Position numbers and translations under genes: made by a program. DNA of 64,000 nt, taken from Candidatus Multivoradales bacterium. Lineage in GTDB: Bacteria > Acidobacteriota > Thermoanaerobaculia > Multivoradales > Multivoraceae. Below, piece after piece: positions 48,631 through 58,224 of the stretch. The stretch is taken from NCBI GenBank assembly GCA_965223325.1, contig CBDCWI010000001.1, forward strand, positions 928,001-992,000, in the 5' to 3' direction. How positions within the stretch are numbered: position 1 is the first letter of the stretch; every line of letters starts with the position of its first letter. The notes beneath the pieces were generated by a model, which worked only from the letters and a program-made list of their open reading frames with translations, had not been told where the DNA came from and ran no database searches.

Positions 48631-49889
48631 ACTTCTGCCAGCGGAAGCACTTTGACCGGCAGGTGGGAGTAACCGCGTACGAAGTTCGACAACACCCGCA
48701 CCGGCTCCCCCACCACCTCGACCTGATGGAAGCGCTTGCTGATCTCTTCCCACAGCACCCGTAGCTGCATCTCGGCAAGGCGGTTGCCCATGCAACGATG
48801 AATGCCAAAGCCAAAGGAAAGATGCGAGCGGGCGTTCTTGCGATCGATGATCAGTGAGTCGGCGTCCTCGAAGACGGCGCTGTCGCGGTTGCCTGACAGG
48901 TACCACATGACGACTTTGTCGCCCTCGCGGATCGTCTTGCCATGAAAGTCGACATCTTCGAGCGCCGTGCGCCGCATGTGGGCGAGCGGAGTTTGCCAGC
49001 GAATGATCTCGGCCACCATGTTGCGAATCAGATCGGGTCTCTGGCGCAGCTTCTCGTACTCGGCGGGGAAACGGTTGAGCGCCAATACACCACCCGAAAT
49101 CGAGTTGCGCGTCGTGTCGTTTCCGCCGACGATCAGGAGCATGATGTTCCCGAGCAGCTCCATCGGTGGCATGTTCCGCGTCTTCGGGTTCTGCGCCAGC
49201 ATGGTGACCATGTCGAAGCCCTCGTGCGCGGGATCGGCACGCGCTTCAAACAGCTCGGAAAAACACGCCAGACACTCGAGCATCTCCTGGCGTGCTTCCT
49301 CCCAGGTCGCCACCAGACCCGACTTGGGGCCGAGGGTGTTGATGTCAGACCAGCGAGTCAGCTTGCGTCGCTCCTCGAACGGGAAGTCAAACAAGGTCGC
49401 CAGCATCTGGGTGGTCAGCTCGATAGAGACTCTCTCCACCCAGTTGAACTCTTCCTGGAGTGGCAGGCTCTCGAGAATGCCCACCACACGTTCCCTGATC
49501 AGGCCCTCCATCTCGGCCAGATTGCGCGGACCGACGACTGGCTGGACGACCCGGCGCTGCTCATCGTGTTTGGGTGGGTCCATGGCGATGAAGGTTGGCA
49601 TCTGAAACTCGTCCGGCGCGTCGAGAATCGTGATGTTGTCTTGCGACGAGAAGCGATTGTGGTCGGTGTCGACCTCTTTGATGTGGTCGTAGCGCGTGAT
49701 CGACCAGAATGGGCCGTACCGACTCTCGGCCTGGTAGTGCACCGGGTCGTCGCGCCGAAGGCGCTCGAAGAAGGGTCCCTCGGCATTCTCTTTGAAGAGA
49801 TGCCAGTTGGTGACATCGAGCTCGTCGATGTCGGCCTCGAGTGCAAAGGCGCGCGCCTTTTCTTCGCTGATGGTTTGGTAGTCGAGCAC
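48627..49889 (-). CDS. Cytochrome P450, CYP153-like
   Basis: FIAMDPPKHD, LLIVGGNDTTRNS, EIIRWQTPLAHMRR, HLSFGFGIHRCMGNRLAE. Confidence 0.93.
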   Translation of the reverse strand: MLDYQTISEEKARAFALEADIDELDVTNWHLFKENAEGPFFERLRRDDPVHYQAESRYGPFWSITRYDHIKEVDTDHNRFSSQDNITILDAPDEFQMPTFIAMDPPKHDEQRRVVQPVVGPRNLAEMEGLIRERVVGILESLPLQEEFNWVERVSIELTTQMLATLFDFPFEERRKLTRWSDINTLGPKSGLVATWEEARQEMLECLACFSELFEARADPAHEGFDMVTMLAQNPKTRNMPPMELLGNIMLLIVGGNDTTRNSISGGVLALNRFPAEYEKLRQRPDLIRNMVAEIIRWQTPLAHMRRTALEDVDFHGKTIREGDKVVMWYLSGNRDSAVFEDADSLIIDRKNARSHLSFGFGIHRCMGNRLAEMQLRVLWEEISKRFHQVEVVGEPVRVLSNFVRGYSHLPVKVLPLAEV

Positions 49890-50129
49890 CGGCTGAGTCT
49901 CCTGAAGGGGTGTTCGGTGGGAACCGACCCGATTGTACCCATCGGCTGATGAATCGGGCGCGCTCGCGGCGTCGCGGCCTCGCGATTGCTATTGTCGCCG
50001 GTGCGCCACGATCCCAAAGAAGTACACGAGGCAGCTGACACCCGGACCAGCCACTGGCCCCCACTGCGCTACGCCTCAGAAGCCGCAGAACCACAACAGT
50101 CAAACCCACCGGGGAGAAAGATCAACGCC

Positions 50130-50639
50130 ATGATGAAGCCATCGATTGCAGGTCTCGGGATTATCCTCACACTCGTCGCCTGCCCGCTCGTTTCGGCTGA
50201 AGAGCCCCGCTTCGACGACGCCTCGGCCTTTGAACGGCTGCAAGACCTCGACGGTGAGTGGACGGGCACCTATGGCGACCAGGACCTGACCGTTCGCTTC
50301 GACACCACCGCCGGCGGCACCACCGTCGTGCTGACGGAGTACCCAGGCACCGACGGCGAAGAAGTCATGCTGTTCTGGATGGATGGAGCTTCGTTGGTTG
50401 CCAAACACTTCTGCTCGCTCGGCAACCAACCCACCTACCGCTTCGAGCCCAACAAGAAAGCCGGCGTGATGACCTTCGCCTTCGACGGTGGAACCAATCT
50501 CGACCCCGAAAAAGACACCCACGCGCACTCCACTGTGTTCCGCTTTAGCGGCCGCGACCAGCTCGAGGCGATCTACAGCTTCTGGGAAGGCGGTAAAGAA
50601 ACCAGCGTCGGCAAGGCGACGCTTGGCCGCACACCCTGA
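50130..50639 (+). CDS. Hypothetical secreted protein
   Basis: Signal peptide, GGAGA RBS, beta-rich body (L.GEW.G, HFCSLGNQP). Confidence 0.75.
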   Translation: MMKPSIAGLGIILTLVACPLVSAEEPRFDDASAFERLQDLDGEWTGTYGDQDLTVRFDTTAGGTTVVLTEYPGTDGEEVMLFWMDGASLVAKHFCSLGNQPTYRFEPNKKAGVMTFAFDGGTNLDPEKDTHAHSTVFRFSGRDQLEAIYSFWEGGKETSVGKATLGRTP

Positions 50640-50652
50640 ACGAAGCCGGGTG

Positions 50653-51279
50653 TCAGCCCGGCACCTGGCAGATGCGCTTCATGCGCACCTCGCCCACCCG
50701 CGGATAGCTCCACACCAGCTCTTCGCCCTTCCGTTCGCGAGTCACCAGCACCTTGGGCAGACCGAAAGGTCGAAAGCTCAGTACCGGCCCCCGCCACTCG
50801 ATCGCCACCCAGGTGTTCATACAGCGTGGCGGCTCGACATCACGCGAGCCATTGCGGAGCGTTCCGTCGGTGATGAAGTCATGAATGATGCCGCTCGAGG
50901 TCACGACCGTGCGGTTGCCGCACTGCTCGATGCGCTCCAGGTGGCCGGGCGCGGGCTCGCCGGTCGACTGCCACAGACCGCGCAGGTCATGGACGCCTTC
51001 GGCCAGCGGCTCGGTGCAGTCAGCGAGGACCGGCATCGGCCAGCTTTCCCACCCACAGCCTGGTGTGTAGGCCTTGGGAATGTCGGCCGAGGAAAGCCCG
51101 CTGCCGTCGAGCTCGGGGAGCCGACAGTAGTCGAGCGCCGCACCATCACCGGCAAAGACCGAGGCCGCGGTGGTGTCTTCGGGCCGCGGGTAGTAAAACA
51201 GCACCCCGTAGGCAACGAGGATCACCACGGCCAGGGCTGCGATCAGGCGCCACGCCCACTTGATCCCTCGGCGCATCAC
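50653..51279 (-). CDS. Hypothetical membrane-anchored protein
   Basis: N-terminal TM; conserved-looking DLRGLW, ERIEQCGNR, IHDF; overlaps the end of the dehalogenase region by operon-like spacing (9 bp gap). Confidence 0.75.
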   Translation of the reverse strand: MMRRGIKWAWRLIAALAVVILVAYGVLFYYPRPEDTTAASVFAGDGAALDYCRLPELDGSGLSSADIPKAYTPGCGWESWPMPVLADCTEPLAEGVHDLRGLWQSTGEPAPGHLERIEQCGNRTVVTSSGIIHDFITDGTLRNGSRDVEPPRCMNTWVAIEWRGPVLSFRPFGLPKVLVTRERKGEELVWSYPRVGEVRMKRICQVPG

Positions 51280-51288
51280 GCCGCCATC

Positions 51289-52311
51289 CTAGGTCGACTC
51301 GATGAAGTCGGACACGATCCCAGCTAGAACGTCGCCGCGCGCTTCCTGCAGAAAGTGACCACCGCCTTCAATCGTCTGGTGGGCCTGGCCCTTGGCACCA
51401 GGAATGCGCGCCTTGAGCACCGCGTCGGCCCCTCTGGTGACCGGATCGTTGTCGGTGAAGGCACACAGGAAGGGTTTCTGCCACTCACTGAAGACCGCCC
51501 AGGCCGCCAGCTGACGCGCGGTCGCCGGGTCGCCGGGCAACGTGGGCACCTGACTCGGCATGGCGCGTGGTCCCATCTTGTAGCTGGGGTCAGGAAAGGG
51601 GGCATCGTAGGCTTCGATCTCGGCGGTCGAAAGCGGCGCGCCTCCACCGCCGGCGACTGAAGCTCCCACCACCATGCCAATAGGAATGTCTTCGGTCTCC
51701 CAGGTCCACTTCTGCCAGTGCGCAAAACCCATTTCACGATCTTCGGGAGCCAGGGTCGAGATCGCACCCATCATCTCCTGCATCGATGGCGTCGGCACCT
51801 CGTCACTGCGAAATCGGCGCACCGCCTCGGCCTTTTCTTCGGGCAGCTCACGCGGCACCGGCAGCCCGGTGTTGGCTGCCACCACGCGCGCGAAGCGCTC
51901 GGGGTTCTCGGCCACCATCCGCAGGCCAATCAGGCCGCCCCAGTCCTGGCCAACCAGGGTCGCGTTCTGCACGTCGTTCTTCTCGAGCCAGGCATTGAAC
52001 CAGTCGACCTGACCGTCGTACGTGTAGTCCTCGCGCGCAGCCGGCTTGTCAGATCGCCCAAAACCCACCAGGTCGGGTGCTAGGACCCTTATGCCGCGCG
52101 AGGTGAAGACCTCGATCATGTGGCGATAGAGAAAACTCCAGGTCGGCTGCCCGTGCATGCAGAGCACCAGCGGACCGTCTGCAGGACCGACGTCTACGTG
52201 GTGGATGCGCAAGCTGCCGCCGGCGCCATCGGGCACCTCGGTGTAGTGCGGCGGATGGTCAAAGCCGGGCACTCTGTCGAATCGTTCGTCGGGCGTGCGG
52301 AGAATCTTCAT
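51289..52311 (-). CDS. Haloalkane dehalogenase (DhlA/DhmA-like)
   Basis: MKILRTPDERF, MHGQPTWSFLYR, GQDWGG (Asp nucleophile plus Trp), AYDAPFP, DPVT, GHFLQE. Confidence 0.92.
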   Translation of the reverse strand: MKILRTPDERFDRVPGFDHPPHYTEVPDGAGGSLRIHHVDVGPADGPLVLCMHGQPTWSFLYRHMIEVFTSRGIRVLAPDLVGFGRSDKPAAREDYTYDGQVDWFNAWLEKNDVQNATLVGQDWGGLIGLRMVAENPERFARVVAANTGLPVPRELPEEKAEAVRRFRSDEVPTPSMQEMMGAISTLAPEDREMGFAHWQKWTWETEDIPIGMVVGASVAGGGGAPLSTAEIEAYDAPFPDPSYKMGPRAMPSQVPTLPGDPATARQLAAWAVFSEWQKPFLCAFTDNDPVTRGADAVLKARIPGAKGQAHQTIEGGGHFLQEARGDVLAGIVSDFIEST

Positions 52312-52342
52312 GGTGCTTCCTATCCGTAGTTGATACAAGGCG

Positions 52343-53401
52343 TCAGGCGAACAGTGCTTCGCAGCCGCTCCCTGCAAGAATCTCGAGGGTGGCCGAACGA
52401 TCGGCCTCGGAGAGGGCCTCGAACTGCTCGCGTAGCCACACCAGGCACTTGCCCTGGTAAGGAAAGGGCTTCTGGACCCAGGGGCTACCATCAATGGTGG
52501 TCTCGACCTTCGGCGCGCCGGCCTCGAGGGCGCGCGCATTGGCGATCAGGAACGGGGCATAGACACGCCCGATCTCAGCCAGGAGCGGACCGAGGCGCGA
52601 GCCGATTTCCTCGCGGCCCAGCCAGCCGGCGCTGGCATCGTCGTCGTTGGGAAGCTCGAAACCCGAAAGGTCGTCGACGATGTCGCACCAGGCAAACACG
52701 CGCGGCGCGCGCTCCAAGGTGAGCGCCATCGGCGTGGGATCGAACTTGGCGAGCTGACTGAGCTGCCCGTAGGCGGCAAAGTCACACGAACCCGGTCGCT
52801 GGCCGAGAAAGAACGGTTGCTGCTCGAGAAGCTCACGGAACACGGCGAGAAAGCGCTCGTAACTCGCCTCGATCACCGGCGCCGTGGTGTCGTTGGAGCC
52901 GACCACCCAGAGGCGCGAGATCTGACGCTCCCTGAAGACCTCACCCAACCGCTTCATCTCGTCTTCGGGCGCCGAGATATCGCGCCAGCGCGGCAGGATG
53001 TCACCGGACTTTTCGATATCGGCCTGGTAGTACCAGCGGTAGTGGAACATCGCTTTGGTCAACCACTCGTCGGCGTAGTCCTCGATGAGCGCGTCAATGA
53101 AAGCGATGACCGGGTCGTCGGGAACCACCGACCGACCGCGCAGGCCTCCTTCGAAGCGACGGATAAGAGGCGTCGAGTCGACCACCGCCTCCAGTTCTCC
53201 TGTTGCACTGGGCAGGTAGAACGTCGGCAGCAGCTGGACTTTGGGCTTTGGAAGGGCCGAGACTGCGCTGTCGCTTCGGTGGTCCGGGCGGCGGAGAATC
53301 AGCTGATGCGGTACGCGGCGGTAGCGCAGGAGCGCCAACATCTTGCGGGTATAGGGCGAGCCGGGCGCCCCGCTGAAGCGCAGCGGCGGTTCGAGGGTCA
53401 T
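52343..53401 (-). CDS. Glutathione S-transferase-like protein
   Basis: GSPYTRK, LLP, DSTP, IEDYADEWL, FFLGQRP..CDFAAYGQL. Confidence 0.85.
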   Translation of the reverse strand: MTLEPPLRFSGAPGSPYTRKMLALLRYRRVPHQLILRRPDHRSDSAVSALPKPKVQLLPTFYLPSATGELEAVVDSTPLIRRFEGGLRGRSVVPDDPVIAFIDALIEDYADEWLTKAMFHYRWYYQADIEKSGDILPRWRDISAPEDEMKRLGEVFRERQISRLWVVGSNDTTAPVIEASYERFLAVFRELLEQQPFFLGQRPGSCDFAAYGQLSQLAKFDPTPMALTLERAPRVFAWCDIVDDLSGFELPNDDDASAGWLGREEIGSRLGPLLAEIGRVYAPFLIANARALEAGAPKVETTIDGSPWVQKPFPYQGKCLVWLREQFEALSEADRSATLEILAGSGCEALFA

Positions 53402-53444
53402 CGGTGGACCTCCTCTCAGGGGGGTTCGGCGTTGGAACACCGGT

Positions 53445-53461
53445 TAATGACTGTCATCAAA
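53445..53461. promoter_or_regulatory. Putative TetR operator
   Basis: TAATGACTGTCATCAAA, 15/17 identical to the reverse complement of 58142-58158. Confidence 0.65.
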
Positions 53462-53588
53462 TCTGTGGTAGACAGTACACCATCCACTCTTCGGGTGCTG
53501 AACCGACTCCGCGCTTCCAGGCCGCTCGGCCCGCTCTTTCAGGGCGCGTGAGGGTCCTGCACCTTAGAAAGTCCTGCACCTTCGAGAC

Positions 53589-54941
53589 ATGTCGATCAAG
53601 ACTGCCATCACATCGCGCATCGTCACCTCGCTGCTCAGCGAGAGTCGCCAGGCCAGAAGGCGAGCGCGCACCGAAGCTCAGCGCCAGCGTCGCGACGAGC
53701 GGCATCGGATCGACTTCTTTCACCAGGTCGACGACCCCTACTCTCATCTGCTTGTCCAGGCCCTCGAGACCGTCGTCGAGCGCTACGACGTCGAGGTTTG
53801 CCTCTGGCTGGTGCCACCGCCCGATGACTGGGCGGCACCTCTACGACCACAGCTCAACGCGTATTCACTGGCCGACGCCCGCCGCCTGGCACGGCGTGCG
53901 GGGCTCTCCTTCGGAGCGCGCGCGCTGCCCGAACGAGAAGCTGTACGGAGCGCCCAGCGAGCATTGGCCGCCGTCATGGAAAGAGAACCAGAAGGCGGGA
54001 GAGCCTCTTCGAAGCAGCTCCTAGAGAGGGCCGCGGAGATTGGCGAGGCGCTCTGGAGTGGTCGTGCGTGCGAGACCGCCGCCGGCACCGGAAACGGCCT
54101 TGATGCTTCAGTCGAAAGGCTCCTCGCGCGCGGTCGAGCGCGAAGAGACGAAGAAGGCCACTACCTGGGCGCAACCTGTCTCTACGGCGGCGAGTGGACG
54201 TGGGGAATCGACCGCCTGTTCTATCTCGAAGAGCGGCTGGCTGCCCTGGGCGCACGACGGCCCGACGCACCGGCTCGACCCGTCTTCGAACCTCCCAGCA
54301 TCCTGGAAGACCCGCCCGAGCGCGCCGCTTTGACCAACCAGACGCTTCCCGACCTGCACTTCTTCCTGTCGTTTCGCTCCCCGTACACCTACATTGTCAG
54401 CGAGCGCGTCCAGCAGTTGGCGACGGCCTACGGGGTTGGCCTGCAACTGCGCTTCGTTCTACCGATGGTGATGCGCGGCCTACCGGTGAATCGGACCAAG
54501 GGTTTCTACATCCTGCGCGATGCAGCGCGCGAGGCACGCCGTTTGGACGTGCCCTTCGGTCGCATTGCGGATCCGGTCGGCAGGCCCACCGAACGTGGCT
54601 ACTCACTGCTCCCCTGGGCGATCGACGAGGGGCGCGGCATCGAATACTGCCGGTCTTTCCTGACCCGAGTGTGGTCAGAAGGTGTCGACGCGGGCAGCCG
54701 ACCTGGCATGCGGCAAATCGTCGAAGCCGCCGGCCTGCCGTGGAACCCTGCCAGGGAGGTGCTAGAGAGCGGCGGAACGGCCGATCACGGGTGGCGAAAA
54801 GAAGCGGCAGCGAACCGCTCCGAGCTCGCCTCTTACGGACTGTGGGGAGTGCCGTCGTTTCGCGTCGGAGATCTGGCCGTCTGGGGCCAGGACCGGCTCT
54901 GGGTGCTCGAGGACGAATACAAGCGAATCTTGAACAACTGA
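53589..54941 (+). CDS. Tandem DsbA-like / HCCA isomerase (kappa-GST) domain protein
   Basis: Two repeats: FFHQVDDPYSHL...WGIDRL and FFLSFRSPYTY...GVPSF...WGQDRL. Confidence 0.85.
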   Translation: MSIKTAITSRIVTSLLSESRQARRRARTEAQRQRRDERHRIDFFHQVDDPYSHLLVQALETVVERYDVEVCLWLVPPPDDWAAPLRPQLNAYSLADARRLARRAGLSFGARALPEREAVRSAQRALAAVMEREPEGGRASSKQLLERAAEIGEALWSGRACETAAGTGNGLDASVERLLARGRARRDEEGHYLGATCLYGGEWTWGIDRLFYLEERLAALGARRPDAPARPVFEPPSILEDPPERAALTNQTLPDLHFFLSFRSPYTYIVSERVQQLATAYGVGLQLRFVLPMVMRGLPVNRTKGFYILRDAAREARRLDVPFGRIADPVGRPTERGYSLLPWAIDEGRGIEYCRSFLTRVWSEGVDAGSRPGMRQIVEAAGLPWNPAREVLESGGTADHGWRKEAAANRSELASYGLWGVPSFRVGDLAVWGQDRLWVLEDEYKRILNN

Positions 54942-54957
54942 AAAAGAAGGAGAAGAC

Positions 54958-55395
54958 ATGCCGACCTTCGAAAACCAGGTCTACCCCACAAACCCCGAGC
55001 AGATCGCCGCCATGCGCGAGCAGGGGCCTCCAGGACCCATCTACATGGTCAACCTGCTCAAATTCAAAGACCAGGCCGTTTACGCTGACGGCCGCGAGAC
55101 CGACCTCAGCGGGCGGCAGGCCTACGAGTTGTATGGCAAGGCAGTCGCCGAGATTCTCAAAGACTTCGATGGCAGCGTGGTCTTTGCCGCCGACGTCACC
55201 ATGCTGTCGCTGGGCAAGGTCAGCGAACTCTGGGACGAAATCGCCATCGCCACCTACCCGAACCGCGCCGCGTTGGTTGCCATGTCCATGTCCGACGCCT
55301 GGCGCGAAGCATCGGTTCACCGCGAGGCTGGTCTCGCCGGCCAGCTCAACATCGAAACGACGCTCATCGAAGGGTCGCCGGTTCCCGGCGCCTAG
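54958..55395 (+). CDS. DUF1330-like dimeric alpha/beta barrel protein
   Basis: MVNLLKF, SGRQAY..Y, WD.....YP, HREAGL. Confidence 0.8.
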   Translation: MPTFENQVYPTNPEQIAAMREQGPPGPIYMVNLLKFKDQAVYADGRETDLSGRQAYELYGKAVAEILKDFDGSVVFAADVTMLSLGKVSELWDEIAIATYPNRAALVAMSMSDAWREASVHREAGLAGQLNIETTLIEGSPVPGA

Positions 55396-55421
55396 CCACC
55401 CATTCTCTCCGAGGACTCGAC

Positions 55422-56273
55422 ATGAAGAAACTCGTCATGGCGCTCGCCCTGGTTGGAGGTGCCCTGGTGGTTCTAGCCATCGCTCTCCCGAACGTTCTCA
55501 AGGCCGCTGGCCTGCATCCCGACTTCGAAGAGAGTCGGGAGTTTGACCACTCCGGCAAACGCGCCTTGATCATCACCACCAGCCACGCGGTGCTTGCTCC
55601 ACCTGGAGAAAACAAAGGAAAGCCCACGGGCGTGTTCGCCTCTGAGATGACCGTGCCCTACTACGAGTTCACCGATGCCGGGATGACGGTCGACGTGGCG
55701 AGTGTCGCGGGCGGTGCAATCCCCATCGACCCGCTGTCGTTTCGCTACATGGTCAGAACGCCGGCCGACGAGCGCTACCTCGAAGACCCAGACTTCCAGG
55801 CACTTGTTGAGAACTCTCACCGAATCGACGATCTCGACTTCAGAGCCTACGATGCGATCTTTCTAGCCGGCGGCTGGGGAGCTGCCTACGACCTCGGGTT
55901 CTCCGACGTTCTGGCGCAAAAGATTACCGAGGCCTACTACGCCGAGAGGAAACCGATCATCGGCTCCGTCTGTCACGGTGTGCTCGGGTTGATCAACGCT
56001 CGCAATCGCGACGGTCATCTGCTGGTTGCCGGCCGTCGCATGACCGGGGTCACCGACAAGCAGGTCACCGAGCTGGGGATCGACATCACTCCGCAGCACC
56101 CCGAAACCGAGCTGCGTGCCGCCGGTGCTCTCTTCGAGAGCCGGAGCGCCTTTCGCGACATGCTCGCCACTCATGTCGTTGTCGATGACGAGCGCCGCTT
56201 TGTCACGGGACAGAATCAGAACTCCGGTCACGAGACGGCTCAGAGAATGATGGGAATCCTCGCTGAGCGCTAG
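55422..56273 (+). CDS. DJ-1/PfpI (type 1 glutamine amidotransferase-like) protein
   Basis: SEMTVPY, AIFLAGGWG, SVCHG, VTGQN. Confidence 0.88.
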   Translation: MKKLVMALALVGGALVVLAIALPNVLKAAGLHPDFEESREFDHSGKRALIITTSHAVLAPPGENKGKPTGVFASEMTVPYYEFTDAGMTVDVASVAGGAIPIDPLSFRYMVRTPADERYLEDPDFQALVENSHRIDDLDFRAYDAIFLAGGWGAAYDLGFSDVLAQKITEAYYAERKPIIGSVCHGVLGLINARNRDGHLLVAGRRMTGVTDKQVTELGIDITPQHPETELRAAGALFESRSAFRDMLATHVVVDDERRFVTGQNQNSGHETAQRMMGILAER

Positions 56274-58119
56274 CCGCCAACGTGAGCACTCTCCGGCGCC
56301 GTCGCGAACGGAGCCAGCCCAAACCAACGAGCATTGCGGTTGCCGCAACGATGGTGAGCACGAGCAGGTGTCGCCGCAGGCGATCGTAGGCCATGTTGAT
56401 GCCGAGTTGGCGATCGGGCGAGTACCCGGCTGGCACCTCGAGCACTCCAACGCGCTCGGCGTAGGCCTCGTAGTCGGCCATCAACTTCGCGAAGCGCTGG
56501 GGCTCGATGTTGGCGAGATCCTCGGTCTCGCCAGGATCGCGGGACAGGTTGAACAGGCGCCACACGCGGTCACCCGCCGGCGGTCCCACCCGCACCAACT
56601 TGTAGTCGCCCTTCCAGACCCCACTGTGGCCGGCGGTTTCGAAACCCACCGCGTCGTTCGTGCCGTAGACTCTTGCCGCGGGATCGCTGAGCACTGGCAC
56701 CAGGCTGCGCCCGATCACGGGTTGCATTCCGGCCGCTTCCACCGCATCGACGCCGGCCACCTCGAGCACGGTAGGTGCGATGTCGGTGATGAACGAGAAC
56801 CCACCCGCAAGACCGTGCGCTCTGACACCGGCACCCGCCATGATCAACGGGACGCGTACGCCTCCTTCGCCCCCGTGGAACTTGTAGTAGGCCAGGGGCG
56901 CCGCCGAGGCAGCGGCGAAGTGTGGTCCGATGGCGACGTACGAGCCCTTCTCACCCAGGGTCTCGAAATCCGTGCGATAGCCAACGCTTCGGAGCCAGCG
57001 CCTGAATCCCGCACTCGACATGGGATCGCCGGCCTCGGGACCGTTGTCGGAGAGCACGACGAAAAAGGTGTTCTCACGTTGACCCTCCGCCTCGAGATAG
57101 GCGATCAGCCGGCCCAGGTGGAAGTCCATCGCCTCGAGCATTGCAGCATTCACCGCCATTCGCTTGGCCGCCAGGGCGCGTTCGGAGCGCTCGAGATCGC
57201 TCCACGAGTCCTGTGGCGGTTGCGCGGCGGCTCTGGTTTCCGGTGAAACGATGCCCGCTGCTACGGCGCGCTCGAACCGCGCCCGTCGGAGTTCTTCCCA
57301 GCCGCCGTCGTAGACGCCAAGGTAGCGCTCGATGAACTCGCGCGGGGCCTGCACCGGGATATGGATCGCCTGAAACGCCAGGTAGGCGAAGAACGGTTGC
57401 CGCTCGCTCGCTTCTTCTGCTCGCCGGTGGTCTTCGTCGATGAACTCGATCATCTTGTCGACCAGAAACTCCGACGAGTAGAAGTCATCGGGCAGGTCGG
57501 TAGGCTCGCCATCGGCAAACCACGGCGGCTCGTCGTAGATCGGCAGATAGGAGCGCTTCTCGTAGTTGTCTGCGCCGGTGGCGTCGAGGGCGAAAGTGCG
57601 ATCGAACCCACGCACACTGGGCAGCGTCTGGGGTGTATGACCGAGGTTCCATTTACCACTCAAGTAGGTGCGGTATCCGGCGCGAGAAAGGCGTGTCGCC
57701 AGCGTCACGACGTCTTCGCGCAGGTGGCCCTCGTAGCCGCGTTTGCCGCGCTGACGGAGCGGCGTCGCCTCGTAGAGACTGCCGACTCCGGCGGTATGCG
57801 CGTCGACCCCGGTGAGCAGCATGGCGCGCGACGGGGAACACATCGGCGAAGCGTGAAAGTTGGTGAACTGGACGCCTTCTCGCGCCAGCCGGTCGATGTT
57901 CGGGGTGCGAATCTCACTCCCGTAGGCGCCGAGATCGGTAAAGCCGACGTCATCGGCGACCACGATGACCACGTTCGGGCGCCCCGTCGCCTGCGGATCG
58001 AACTGATCAGGCGTTGTCGCCACCTGACCAGTGGCTGGCTTGGGATCCAAGGCGAGGAGCGCCACCGCCAGGACCAGGAGAGCTGGCGACCGGGAACTCC
58101 CGAGGAGCTCTTCCCTCAT
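56203..58119 (-). CDS. Arylsulfatase (Cys-type) with C-terminal membrane anchor
   Basis: VADDVG, CSPSRAMLLTG, GKWNLG, LSDNG, EGGVRVP; C-terminal TM followed by a basic tail. Confidence 0.92.
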   Translation of the reverse strand: MREELLGSSRSPALLVLAVALLALDPKPATGQVATTPDQFDPQATGRPNVVIVVADDVGFTDLGAYGSEIRTPNIDRLAREGVQFTNFHASPMCSPSRAMLLTGVDAHTAGVGSLYEATPLRQRGKRGYEGHLREDVVTLATRLSRAGYRTYLSGKWNLGHTPQTLPSVRGFDRTFALDATGADNYEKRSYLPIYDEPPWFADGEPTDLPDDFYSSEFLVDKMIEFIDEDHRRAEEASERQPFFAYLAFQAIHIPVQAPREFIERYLGVYDGGWEELRRARFERAVAAGIVSPETRAAAQPPQDSWSDLERSERALAAKRMAVNAAMLEAMDFHLGRLIAYLEAEGQRENTFFVVLSDNGPEAGDPMSSAGFRRWLRSVGYRTDFETLGEKGSYVAIGPHFAAASAAPLAYYKFHGGEGGVRVPLIMAGAGVRAHGLAGGFSFITDIAPTVLEVAGVDAVEAAGMQPVIGRSLVPVLSDPAARVYGTNDAVGFETAGHSGVWKGDYKLVRVGPPAGDRVWRLFNLSRDPGETEDLANIEPQRFAKLMADYEAYAERVGVLEVPAGYSPDRQLGINMAYDRLRRHLLVLTIVAATAMLVGLGWLRSRRRRRVLTLAASAQRGFPSFSEPSRDRSSDSVP

Positions 58120-58123
58120 GATC

Positions 58124-58158
58124 TAATGTTCTCCATTACCGTTTGATGACCATCATTA
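58124..58158. promoter_or_regulatory. Two adjacent putative TetR operators
   Basis: TAATGTTCTCCATTA (58124-58138) and TTTGATGACCATCATTA (58142-58158), between the divergent sulfatase and TetR genes. Confidence 0.65.
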
Positions 58159-58224
58159 CAGCCTCCGTCTGACGGCTGCAAGCAACCGCCCCGCCAGCTT
58201 CGGAGGAGGCGCACGAGGCCACTA

